Virus record (IMG/VR): IMGVR_UViG_3300020178_000002
Location: 62,001 to 126,000 of that record
DNA: 64,000 bases
Direction: 5' to 3' (one strand)
This document shows, piece by piece, positions 46,983-55,976 of the stretch. Positions within the stretch are counted from its first letter, which is position 1. Every line of letters begins with the position of its first letter. Made by a program: the position numbers and the translations under genes. The notes beneath the pieces were generated by a model. The model made no database searches. It was not told the origin of the DNA and saw only the letters and a program-made list of their open reading frames with translations.

Positions 46983-48812
46983 TTAATATAAAGGTGTCTT
47001 TGCGACAGAGATTTCACGACTAGATGCTTTAACTTCTTCTTCTACAATGTCGATGATATCATCAACAACCAACTCTGAAGAGAGATCTCTTACTGCGTTG
47101 ACTACATTTTGTGGGATGCTAAAGAGTTTTTCTAACAGACCTGTACAAGTCACTATGTTTGATGTTGTCAACTCTTCTTCAAAGGTATGTGGCATAACAG
47201 ATAAGATCAAGCTCATACGAACACCCTCTGCCATAGGGATTGCAACAAGAGAGTAAGGGTAGCTCTTGTCACTATCTTTAAAGTAAGACTTTACCCTATC
47301 TTTGTAGATCCTATTAACAACAGAGAGTTGAATATCTCCCCTTTGCATTTCTTTTTCTCTGATGTTCAAATATATGTCAATATACTTCATCATTGTAGAT
47401 TTGAAGTTAGCAGGTGTAACTCCCATAGTAGTTATAGGCAAGCAGAGTTTGCAAGACTCCCACAAGGCTGCAATGTAATCCTCTGGCTCTGTGCTGTTCT
47501 CTGCAATATTTGCCATTGAAGTACCCCATTTTTTAGAGCTACTGTGCAGATCACCCTCAATCTTGATTCCCTGATAGGTGAATCCACCATTAACAGCCAA
47601 GAACAAGTTGACCCACTGAGGAATAGATTTGGTTCTCTTCCTCATTCTTTTTGCAAAGTCAGACTTTCCTTTTTTAACCTTTGTTTTAATCTTAGGGTTA
47701 AAGATTTTAGCATCTGCATCCATACAATTATCAACAAAAGAAGCAAAGAGCCTAAGTTGTCCAATGCTCATAAACTTGTATTTCTTAATGATCATTGGTG
47801 CAAGCTTCCTCGAAGACACCTCACTACAAGTCATTACTATATCTTGAACTATATCTTCATCCCATCTCTTAGCGATAAGCATAGCCCAATCTTCATCAAG
47901 CATTCTCCATACACTCGCAGACAAGAATAAGAGATCTTTCTTCTTTTGTAGCATATTTGCAGACATATTATATGTTGCGTTCTCTTTAAATGCCTTACCC
48001 TCTAAAGCTCTGGTGATAAGATTATCTACTTCTTTTTGAGCAACTAAAGGGTCTGTGCCATCAAAGAGTTCCATTTGGTCATAGACAGTTGTATTTGATG
48101 AGGTGTCCTCTATATTTTCAATTGGGTCACCATAAGCATTTTCGTCTGTGTTTAAGTCTACAATATATCTTTTCCTCTTTAAGTCACCTGGCATGATCTC
48201 TCGTTTGGTGAAGTGAGGACTTTTTGGGTCATATACTCTTCTAATATAATTGCCAACATACTTAATTGCAGATGCAATGTCTGTAAACTTACTAGGGTCT
48301 TTGTTGAGTCTGTACCAGACACCACCATTAAGCTCCATTTGAGTCTTACCAGCACTAGAGCGAGAAGCTTCAGGTTCGCTCTTATTTCTGCCATGAGGTA
48401 TTAAGAAATATCTAGAGAAAAGGTCTGTACCTAAGTCCATAAAAGAACCTCTAAATGTAGATGCTAATTTACTAAGCATAGTAGCCCATTCAGCACCACC
48501 AGAACCATTCCACTCATCCATAATCATCTTATCAAGAGAGCTGTCTCTTCTTCTTAATTGTCTTCTTAGCCCTCGAAAGTCCGAAGGTAAAGTAGAGTCT
48601 GTAGGTTCTAATTCTGTTTGACCAAGAGCGAATAAAGTGGACCATGCAGTGTAATAAAAGTACCTTTGAGAAGTCTCTTTATTAAAAGGGTCGCTAAGGT
48701 CTTTCAAAAAAGCTTCTTTAAGCCACATCTCTGAGGCTGCTTTGATGAGATTCTCTGAAGCTTGCTTATCTCTCTGGCTTATAATGTCAACTAACTTTAA
48801 ATATGGACTCAT
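46983..48812 (-). CDS. Large hypothetical protein with KQAS/KAAS/KEA-containing N-terminus
   Basis: 609 aa ORF, GGGAGG RBS, late motif upstream. Confidence 0.7.
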   Translation of the reverse strand: MSPYLKLVDIISQRDKQASENLIKAASEMWLKEAFLKDLSDPFNKETSQRYFYYTAWSTLFALGQTELEPTDSTLPSDFRGLRRQLRRRDSSLDKMIMDEWNGSGGAEWATMLSKLASTFRGSFMDLGTDLFSRYFLIPHGRNKSEPEASRSSAGKTQMELNGGVWYRLNKDPSKFTDIASAIKYVGNYIRRVYDPKSPHFTKREIMPGDLKRKRYIVDLNTDENAYGDPIENIEDTSSNTTVYDQMELFDGTDPLVAQKEVDNLITRALEGKAFKENATYNMSANMLQKKKDLLFLSASVWRMLDEDWAMLIAKRWDEDIVQDIVMTCSEVSSRKLAPMIIKKYKFMSIGQLRLFASFVDNCMDADAKIFNPKIKTKVKKGKSDFAKRMRKRTKSIPQWVNLFLAVNGGFTYQGIKIEGDLHSSSKKWGTSMANIAENSTEPEDYIAALWESCKLCLPITTMGVTPANFKSTMMKYIDIYLNIREKEMQRGDIQLSVVNRIYKDRVKSYFKDSDKSYPYSLVAIPMAEGVRMSLILSVMPHTFEEELTTSNIVTCTGLLEKLFSIPQNVVNAVRDLSSELVVDDIIDIVEEEVKASSREISVAKTPLY

Positions 48813-48841
48813 GTGTAATCCCTCCCTTGTCTACTCTTTCT

Positions 48842-48854
48842 TATAAAAGATTTA
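48842..48854 (-). promoter_or_regulatory. Putative late promoter motif
   Basis: TAAATCTTTTATA, 29 nt upstream of 48812. Confidence 0.55.
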
Positions 48855-48873
48855 CAAAAGATAACTGTACCCC

Positions 48874-48907
48874 TTGCTTTTTATTGATAAGTGTATATAA
48901 TCAATAA
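48874..48907 (+). promoter_or_regulatory. Sigma70-type promoter overlapped by an inverted repeat
   Basis: TTGCTT-16nt-TATAAT; arms TTATTGAT (48881-88) and ATCAATAA (48900-07). Confidence 0.5.
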
Positions 48908-48968
48908 CACATCACGACAAAGTTCCGTTAGAACAAAGTCAAAGTTAAAGTAAAAACAAGGAGTGTAA

Positions 48969-49853
48969 ATGTTTAATATCTCGGTAGAGAGTACCCAACC
49001 TATTCTCAAAGAGTTGACTATTCTTAACATCCAGCCCTCATTCAATTTCCTCTATGAACTTGATTCTTTAAACAGAGAAGTCTCTAAATACAAGCTCTTT
49101 AAAAAGAGATCACGAAAGAGATTATCTGGCAATCCAACCAAAGCAAAAGAGCTTAATAGTTGGAATGAAACCCAGAAGTGGATTTTCGATGCTGAGTCAA
49201 ATCGGTTTGAGAAGATAAAGAACTTCTGTATCAAGACAGCCTCTAAGGATATCAAGACAGGTGACATCATCTATGACAACTATGAAGATTTCTTCATGGG
49301 ATGGGTCACAGACCTCTGTAAAAGAAACACCTTAGCTACAAAGATCAATAGCGGTGAGAAGATCAACAACTCAGTGCTTTATTGGTGGTACAGACAGTTT
49401 ATTCAGAGAGCTTCTATGAAGTCTGCACAAGATGCTCATTCAAGAGTTTATGGTGTTCGGACTCAAAGTGAAATCACCCATGAAAAGGTTCATGAACATG
49501 ATCTTGCTTACTTAGATGCTTCTGGCCTACAAGAAGCTAAAGTAGTCCACAAGTTTAATGAGGAAACAGGTTCTACAACAGGAGAGCCTGACTATTATGT
49601 TGATGAAGACCCTTATCAAAAGCTACACCTGCAAAGTGTGCATGCTTTTGTTAAAAAAGTTTTTTTGAGGTCTTATGGGAGTGTTGAAAAGACAGAGAAT
49701 AGATACCAGCTTTTCCTTGAAATCCTTGAAGGTAAAGGTGGTTATTCAAATCTTGAAGAATGGGCTGAGTCTCATGGTATTTCTATTAACAAGCTAAAGA
49801 AGCGTATCTCTCACATTGAAAGTCTTTTAAGTAAGCACAAAGACGAGATCTAA
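48969..49853 (+). CDS. Putative phage sigma-70-like factor
   Basis: VLYWWYRQFIQRA resembles sigma region 2.3-2.4 (TYAxWWIRQAIxRA); C-terminal HTH YSNLEEWAESHGISINKLKKRISHI resembles region 4.2. Confidence 0.6.
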   Translation: MFNISVESTQPILKELTILNIQPSFNFLYELDSLNREVSKYKLFKKRSRKRLSGNPTKAKELNSWNETQKWIFDAESNRFEKIKNFCIKTASKDIKTGDIIYDNYEDFFMGWVTDLCKRNTLATKINSGEKINNSVLYWWYRQFIQRASMKSAQDAHSRVYGVRTQSEITHEKVHEHDLAYLDASGLQEAKVVHKFNEETGSTTGEPDYYVDEDPYQKLHLQSVHAFVKKVFLRSYGSVEKTENRYQLFLEILEGKGGYSNLEEWAESHGISINKLKKRISHIESLLSKHKDEI

Positions 49854-49888
49854 TTCTTTACCAATGCCCTCTAAAACAATTTGCTTTT

Positions 49889-49930
49889 AAGCCCTGCTTC
49901 CCAGAAATGGAAGGCAGGGCTTTTTTTTTT
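49889..49930 (+). terminator. Intrinsic terminator
   Basis: AAGCCCTGCTTCC-loop-GGAAGGCAGGGC followed by T10. Confidence 0.9.
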
Positions 49931-51554
49931 ACAAGAATTTTTTGAGGTTCTTAATCTCTGACTTTAAATTTTGTAGAGCACTTGAAGCAATATGCATCTT
50001 TTCAGAGGCAGCTTTACCTGCCTTTTGTTTCTGGTTTACAGACTTAACATACTTCTGAACCTGTGCCTTGATTTCAGCAACAGCTTTTTCCATTTCAGCC
50101 CTGTAGCCATCTGCATCAAAGTTCCCATCTTCATCAATAAACTGAGAAACAGCTAGTAGCTCATCTTTACCTATGTTCCCATAAAATTGAGCAAGGGCAT
50201 CTTCAAAGTTGACTTTAGCAGCAACTCTCATTGCATTGTCTACTGCATTACCTACTAAGAATGCACTACCACCAACAACTTTGCCTATACCTGAAATGCC
50301 TGCGTTGAAAGTGCCCCAAAGCAGACCCTCTGACACTTCTTTAGCTCCAATGGCAAGCTCTTTTGTAGCTTCAGCTATAGCTGACATAGCACTTTGCCTA
50401 CCTTTTGTGATTTCTTCACTAATCTTAGTCTGGCTTTCTTTATTGACACTATTTCCAAAAACTGCGGAGATTGCTTTCTTAACAGAGTTTGAGATTTTCT
50501 TGGTGTCAACTTGAGCAGCTTGACTAAAACCCTCAGAGAACGAATCTCGAGGGTCTCTAGTGCCATCTAGCATAGCTTTACCAATAGCTTTCGGTGCTTT
50601 ACCAAAGGCTGCTTGGATAGGAGTAGCGAGAGCTGGCCCCCATGTAGGTAAATGTTCAGAGCTTTTAACAACTTGATCAGTCCACCTTGTTTTGTTGTGT
50701 TTTTTCATAAACGCAACAGCTTTACTATTCAGAGGATGGTCTTTCTTTGATGCATAAGACCTAACAGTAGAAAGAGCTAAGTCTTTACCTTCAAATTGAA
50801 CTCTTTCAACTTTTTTTGGCTTAGATTCAGGCTTGCTTTTCGGTTTCTTTTTGTCTTTGCCAAAAATTGCAACTCTTTCATTATGTGCTTTTTTAATTCC
50901 GAAGAAGCCACCTATGTCTCTTTTAAAACGATTCCATTTATTACCAGCTATATTTGCAAGGCTGTCATTCTCTTCAACGACTTTACATAGCCTATCAAAT
51001 TCTGGCTCAAGCTCTCTAAATATGGGAAGCTCTAGTCTTCCTAAATTGTTTTTTTCTCGATATATGCCTTGTTTTATCTTATCAAGAGCATCAAAAGAAG
51101 AAGCTGTCTCTGCTTCTTCAGTCCAGCCTTTGATTAAATCCCTTACTCTCTTTAGCTTTTTAGTACGCTCTTTGACAATATCATCTATGGTAGTCTTAAT
51201 CTTATACAAGTCCTTTGCTTTATTTTGAACTCGACTATAATAGTGGTGGTGTAAAGAATTGTTTATAGCCTTAAGATCTATCTTCTTCATGGTATAAAAT
51301 ATGTTCTTCATATCTTTAGTTGATAGGTCTTCTGGACTATAAGTGCTAGAAAACATACCTTTACCATAAGACAAAACTTTGTAGTTAAGTTCTGACCATA
51401 TCTTCTCAACTTTATGACCATCCTCTATTAGCTTCTTGAGACTAGGCCACTTCTTATCAAAGTCAGCCCTATGTCTCTCTAAAGCTTCACCACTAGGCTG
51501 GTAAGGTAGTCTTTTCAAGTATTCATCAAATTCTATCTCTTTGTTAATATTCAT
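49929..51554 (-). CDS. Multi-module helical protein, candidate virion-internal protein
   Basis: Coiled coil, KKA/RVA junctions, Ala/Gly-rich hydrophobic segment, KAAS..HIAS tail. Confidence 0.65.
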   Translation of the reverse strand: MNINKEIEFDEYLKRLPYQPSGEALERHRADFDKKWPSLKKLIEDGHKVEKIWSELNYKVLSYGKGMFSSTYSPEDLSTKDMKNIFYTMKKIDLKAINNSLHHHYYSRVQNKAKDLYKIKTTIDDIVKERTKKLKRVRDLIKGWTEEAETASSFDALDKIKQGIYREKNNLGRLELPIFRELEPEFDRLCKVVEENDSLANIAGNKWNRFKRDIGGFFGIKKAHNERVAIFGKDKKKPKSKPESKPKKVERVQFEGKDLALSTVRSYASKKDHPLNSKAVAFMKKHNKTRWTDQVVKSSEHLPTWGPALATPIQAAFGKAPKAIGKAMLDGTRDPRDSFSEGFSQAAQVDTKKISNSVKKAISAVFGNSVNKESQTKISEEITKGRQSAMSAIAEATKELAIGAKEVSEGLLWGTFNAGISGIGKVVGGSAFLVGNAVDNAMRVAAKVNFEDALAQFYGNIGKDELLAVSQFIDEDGNFDADGYRAEMEKAVAEIKAQVQKYVKSVNQKQKAGKAASEKMHIASSALQNLKSEIKNLKKFL

Positions 51555-51557
51555 ATC

Positions 51558-52064
51558 TTAGCCTCTAATTCTACGCTCATGTAGAAATATAACATCTCCA
51601 CTGCTGGGGTTTTTTCTAGCTAGAGACTTCCAGACTCTAATAGCTTTATCTGAAGTAGTTCTAGTATGACAATAGTTAGGAATAAAGAAGATAGGGATTC
51701 CAACATCCTCTCTTACTTTATTTGCAATGGTTTTATACATCAATATGCCACATTTTTTATTTCGATGCTCTTCATCTAGGTTAGATTCTGTTATCTCAAA
51801 AACAGGAATACCATTTTCCCATGTGCTTGCAGGGAAAGAATCGCTCCACAGTTCCCATAAGATTTCCATGTCCTCTTTGCATACAAAGTTATCGAAATCA
51901 GATACCTCTATATAGTGGAGAGCACCCTCGATAGAGCCTACTATTTCATCATTATGGATCAAATCAAAACCATGTGTTGCGTCATATCTTGTCCAATCTG
52001 TTTCTTCAATAGTGTACCTGTTTTTCTTAGCGTACCTGAGAGCTACTTTCTTTGCTAATCTCAT
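51558..52064 (-). CDS. GNAT-like acetyltransferase (paralogue of 53767-54270)
   Basis: LDEEHRNKKCGILMY acetyl-CoA-loop-like; TSDKAIRVWKSL. Confidence 0.6.
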   Translation of the reverse strand: MRLAKKVALRYAKKNRYTIEETDWTRYDATHGFDLIHNDEIVGSIEGALHYIEVSDFDNFVCKEDMEILWELWSDSFPASTWENGIPVFEITESNLDEEHRNKKCGILMYKTIANKVREDVGIPIFFIPNYCHTRTTSDKAIRVWKSLARKNPSSGDVIFLHERRIRG

Positions 52065-52432
52065 CGTTTACCCCCATCGTATGATACAGCATGGCCTACA
52101 CGAATCATTTCATCATTTAAAGACTCACCTAGTTCTTCCATACCATCTTCGTAAATCCATATAACACCTAACCAGCGACCAAATTTGCCTTTCTTAACAG
52201 TGTTAATGACAATGGTCTTACCCTCGATACGAGATTTCAGGTAGTCCTTAGCAGCATACCCTCTCTCTTTTTCTTCAAGGTCTTTAGTTCTTATTTCAGG
52301 TGTGTTGATGCCAATCATGCGAACTTTGACTCTAGCAAAGTGCTTCATGCCTTGGTCAATCATGACTGTGATGGTATCTCCGTCATAGACCGAAAGTACC
52401 TCTGCTTTGTAATGATATAAGTTGAGAGCCAT
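52061..52432 (-). CDS. Thermonuclease (SNase) family nuclease
   Basis: VYDGDTI, VRMIGINTPE, GKFGRWLG, YDGGKR. Confidence 0.92.
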   Translation of the reverse strand: MALNLYHYKAEVLSVYDGDTITVMIDQGMKHFARVKVRMIGINTPEIRTKDLEEKERGYAAKDYLKSRIEGKTIVINTVKKGKFGRWLGVIWIYEDGMEELGESLNDEMIRVGHAVSYDGGKR

Positions 52433-52464
52433 TCTATATCTCCTAAATGTTTTTCAATTGGAGA

Positions 52465-52477
52465 TATAAATAGACTA
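52465..52477 (-). promoter_or_regulatory. Putative late promoter motif
   Basis: TAGTCTATTTATA, 32 nt upstream of 52432. Confidence 0.6.
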
Positions 52478-52480
52478 TGA

Positions 52481-52873
52481 CTAATCTTCTTTTTTGGGTT
52501 CTTCTGGCTTAGGTGTTTCTTCTAATGTAAGAGTGCTTTTAATCTTTTGCTTGAAGGCTTTAACAATATATGCATTTAAAACACCTGCACAAGCACCCAT
52601 CCATATATCTACCATTTGGAGTGGGTCAGATAGAGTGTATGCCACAAAAGCACCTGTTAAAACTGCAAAGGACCTTATAAAAGAGTCTGCCATACCATTG
52701 CAAAACTTCCACAAAAAAGGCTTCACAATTTGAGTGACTGCAAAGCTGATGATAGCTGCAATGAGAACAAGATAAAGATGACCCATATGAGGTTCTAAGG
52801 AGTTAGGTTCATTTGGGTTTACTTCTTTTGCTGTATGTATCTGGTGACCAGGTACAAAATGTTTATTGCTCAT
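52481..52873 (-). CDS. Holin-like three-TM membrane protein
   Basis: Three hydrophobic helices, VTQIVK motif, charged C-tail. Confidence 0.5.
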   Translation of the reverse strand: MSNKHFVPGHQIHTAKEVNPNEPNSLEPHMGHLYLVLIAAIISFAVTQIVKPFLWKFCNGMADSFIRSFAVLTGAFVAYTLSDPLQMVDIWMGACAGVLNAYIVKAFKQKIKSTLTLEETPKPEEPKKED

Positions 52874-53754
52874 ACAAGACCCCCATCTAAATGTACTTTT
52901 GGTTTACCATATTCATCTACAAGATTCTTTGTGTAGAGAGCATATAATTGAAAAGCAAATGCAGGGACTAAGATAGCATTCCAACCTATACTTAATGACT
53001 TAAGAATCCAGCCAGATGGAACAGAAGGGAATAGAATGCCGAAGACAAGACCTAAACCAGACTCTGGTAAGCTATCTATCAAATCTACCCAATCAATCAT
53101 CCCTAAAAGCCCTGTCAATATGTCAGTTATCTTCCAACTTATCTCTGAAACATTGATCCAGATAAACCAGAAAATATATGCTTTAGCAGGCCAAGTAATT
53201 AGCTTTAACAAAGGATGTTTTTTTGCAAAGTTATCAAGCCACTCCCCTATATTACGAGACTTACCTGTAATAGGTTTAACAAAAGAAGCCACCCACTTCC
53301 CAAGCTTTCCTGTATATCCACCATACTTGTTGATAATAGACTGAACTATCGAGGTGAACGTAGGGGCATCAGATGCATATAAGAACAAGAAGTGTATTAG
53401 CTTACTCTTTTTCTTTAGCTTATTAGCTGTAGCTCTCCACCAATCTTTGCCCCTATCAAGCAAAACTTGAAACTTTTTGGAGAGTTGCCAATACATATCA
53501 ATACCAGCAGTGATTCCCAACTTGTCTTTGAAAATCTGCCACAGGTTAGGGGCTTTTTGAAAGCCTTGATAGATCTCTTTAAGTTTCTTAACAAGAAGAC
53601 CTTTTTTGGTGTGACTGCCAAATCTTAAAATACCCTCTCCAAAGACGCTCAAAGACCTAACATCTAACTCTCTTGTCACAAGGCTTGATGTTTTACAATA
53701 TGAAGAAGACTTGATAGCCAGATAAGAGGCAGCTAGAGCTATTTCTTTACTCAT
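52870..53754 (-). CDS. Membrane protein, basic/amphipathic with C-terminal TM helices
   Basis: Hydrophobic C-terminal third; KSS/KTS in the N-terminus. Confidence 0.65.
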   Translation of the reverse strand: MSKEIALAASYLAIKSSSYCKTSSLVTRELDVRSLSVFGEGILRFGSHTKKGLLVKKLKEIYQGFQKAPNLWQIFKDKLGITAGIDMYWQLSKKFQVLLDRGKDWWRATANKLKKKSKLIHFLFLYASDAPTFTSIVQSIINKYGGYTGKLGKWVASFVKPITGKSRNIGEWLDNFAKKHPLLKLITWPAKAYIFWFIWINVSEISWKITDILTGLLGMIDWVDLIDSLPESGLGLVFGILFPSVPSGWILKSLSIGWNAILVPAFAFQLYALYTKNLVDEYGKPKVHLDGGLV

Positions 53755-53766
53755 TACAGATAATCC

Positions 53767-54270
53767 TTAAGGTCTTTTTAAGATAGCAATACAGTCACCA
53801 GAGGAAGGGTGGTTTTTAGCGAGGGAACTCCACACTCTTTTAGCATCTACACTAGTGCTCCCACCCTCATCATTACATTCCTGTGGAATGAAGATAAAAG
53901 GATTACTACCATTTCTATCCCATTGGAGTTTTGCATACATGAGATACATCTTAGTGCCATACCCTTGACCCTTAAGCTCTTGCTCTATCCTACTTCTATC
54001 GACTTCAACAATACGAATTCCTTTAGAGCTTTTCATTTGAGGGTACTTGTTTACAAGAACCATTATGTCGTCATAGCAAGCAAACCTTGTGATGTCAGGG
54101 TATATGTTATGATACCCTTCAACAATCCCTAAACGATTGCCATCACCAGACATGAGACTAACAGAAGCCAACTCTCCAAATGGAGGGTCTTTTTGATACT
54201 GCTTCATAAATGTTAGTTTTTGTTTAGCCATGTGCTTCATTGCAATTCTCTTTATAAGTTGTTTTTTCAT
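53767..54270 (-). CDS. GNAT-like acetyltransferase
   Basis: IEQELKGQGYGTKMY motif A; start ATG 54270 after AGGGGG. Confidence 0.7.
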   Translation of the reverse strand: MKKQLIKRIAMKHMAKQKLTFMKQYQKDPPFGELASVSLMSGDGNRLGIVEGYHNIYPDITRFACYDDIMVLVNKYPQMKSSKGIRIVEVDRSRIEQELKGQGYGTKMYLMYAKLQWDRNGSNPFIFIPQECNDEGGSTSVDAKRVWSSLAKNHPSSGDCIAILKRP

Positions 54271-54297
54271 ACAGCCCCCTATATGAAAAGGGTCTTC

Positions 54298-54310
54298 GAT
54301 AAACAAAATA
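54298..54310 (-). promoter_or_regulatory. Putative late promoter motif
   Basis: TATTTTGTTTATC, 27 nt upstream of 54270, directly after a terminator. Confidence 0.45.
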
Positions 54311-54347
54311 AAAAAAGCCCTGCTCTCATTAAGAGAAACAGGGCTTT
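54307..54347 (-). terminator. Intrinsic terminator
   Basis: AAAGCCCTGTTTCTC-loop-GAGAGCAGGGCTTTTTTT on the minus strand. Confidence 0.85.
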
Positions 54348-54416
54348 AAGAGACAGCTACTTCTACCCAATAGCAGAAGCACATCAGAAGCTCCTCAGAG
54401 TAAATGCATTCCCACA

Positions 54417-54605
54417 TTACTCTTCGTTCTTGCGAGCCTCCAGAACATCTTTTCGTACTTCCTTACAAGAAGCAATGACCTCTTGCATAGCCTTACGAAC
54501 TCTTGTTCCAGCAGACTTGTTTCCATTGTCTGTCTTTTGTGCATCCTCATTAAGGGCTGCTAGGGTACTTTGTAGTTGTGCAATCTTTGTTGTAATGTCA
54601 CTCAT
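54417..54605 (-). CDS. Histone H1-like (Hc1-family) nucleoid protein
   Basis: GNKSAGTRVRKAMQ matches the Hc1-family GNKAAxxRVR core; AGGAGG RBS. Confidence 0.75.
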   Translation of the reverse strand: MSDITTKIAQLQSTLAALNEDAQKTDNGNKSAGTRVRKAMQEVIASCKEVRKDVLEARKNEE

Positions 54606-54654
54606 TGTGAACCTCCTAATTTATGGTTTATATTTGATTATACCGATTGTGTAC

Positions 54655-55008
54655 TCAATCTTTATAGAAAAAGATCTCATGTCCCTCTAAAAATTTGAAC
54701 GTTTCTTTTTTAGTCTTGGAACTGTATTCTTTTACCAACAAAGGATTAATTTGTGACACCCAAAGTAGCAAGTCAGGTTTATGAGGTAGCTTAGTCCAAC
54801 CGATATAGATTAAACCATCTTCATCAAGCCAAACTCTCTCATGCCCTAAAGCTTTTCGATTAGTAAAAAGTATAACCAAGCCATTCTTCTCTACCCAAGC
54901 TTTAGACTTCTCTAAAGTTTCGGGGTCTTTATCATAGAACCCTCGTATATAAGAAGAGGGTAGTATGCAAGAAGGCTTGACTCTACGCTTATACTTTATT
55001 GGCTTCAT
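54655..55008 (-). CDS. Hypothetical protein
   Basis: TAATG-coupled to 55008-55976. Confidence 0.55.
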   Translation of the reverse strand: MKPIKYKRRVKPSCILPSSYIRGFYDKDPETLEKSKAWVEKNGLVILFTNRKALGHERVWLDEDGLIYIGWTKLPHKPDLLLWVSQINPLLVKEYSSKTKKETFKFLEGHEIFFYKD

Positions 55009-55976
55009 TAATCTTTTTGAAAGGTTCTAGGGTTTACCTTAGAAAGTTCCTTCAAATCACCCATAGCATCCTCTACAAATACATTCTTATCTGGGATAAA
55101 GTCATCAAGGTCTTGGTTATCAACAAACATGTCTGTTGTTCCAGAGAGTACTTTCTTAAACCTAGCCCAAGCTTTCCCTCTCTTAAGGAATGCTTCTTTT
55201 GGATTGTAGTAGAAAAGTCCAATGACCCCAAGTGTCAAACCATATTTAAAGAGGAAGGTAGCTAAAGATGGGAAAACCATTCCTATCATGAAAGTCTTTA
55301 CAGCAGCAGATATAAAAGGACCTAAGCCTTTTGACTCACTGCCCCAATATTTTTTTGCAATAAGAGCATCTTTAACAGGGTTAATAGTATTCAAAGCTGC
55401 ATTAGCTACTTCAGAAATAGTTCTTGTACCGATATCTCTTCTTGCAACAGAAATAGCTCTAGCTTTTAACTCTGAAGAAGGCTGACCCTCATATCCCATT
55501 AAGTATTCTTCATAGAAAGGAGCTGTCTGGTAGAAAGAGCCAGAAACTTGAGTTGTGAGCTTTGCAAACTTTTTATTCTTAACTTTCCATGCAAGATAAG
55601 AAAGCAACTGTTCCTCATCTCTTTTAGGTTTTTCATTCTTCCTATCTAAAGCACCTCTTCTCCAAGAGTCATACATACCCTCAAGGAGTCTTTCAAAAGC
55701 AATCGCTCTAAAGAACTTAGTTAGGTGTGAAATGATAGGTGTGTATATGAATATAAACTTTGTAATCTTATGGAGAATGTTAGCAAAGAAAGTCCTAACA
55801 CCGACAATCTTAGCCACACCTGAGTCTATAAGATTTGTTATAAAGTTTTTAGCTTCCTTTATAGTAGTTGCTTCTTTGAACTGATAGTTAGCAATCCTAT
55901 AAAGGGTTCTTTTATCTTCCGAAGCAAACCTTAGATTTGCCTTGAAAACACTAGGGTCATCTAGAAAATTAATCAT
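55008..55976 (-). CDS. Membrane protein, tandem paralogue A
   Basis: MINFL..RFAS..RIANYQFKEA; PFYEEYLMGYEG; RDIGTRT. Confidence 0.75.
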   Translation of the reverse strand: MINFLDDPSVFKANLRFASEDKRTLYRIANYQFKEATTIKEAKNFITNLIDSGVAKIVGVRTFFANILHKITKFIFIYTPIISHLTKFFRAIAFERLLEGMYDSWRRGALDRKNEKPKRDEEQLLSYLAWKVKNKKFAKLTTQVSGSFYQTAPFYEEYLMGYEGQPSSELKARAISVARRDIGTRTISEVANAALNTINPVKDALIAKKYWGSESKGLGPFISAAVKTFMIGMVFPSLATFLFKYGLTLGVIGLFYYNPKEAFLKRGKAWARFKKVLSGTTDMFVDNQDLDDFIPDKNVFVEDAMGDLKELSKVNPRTFQKD

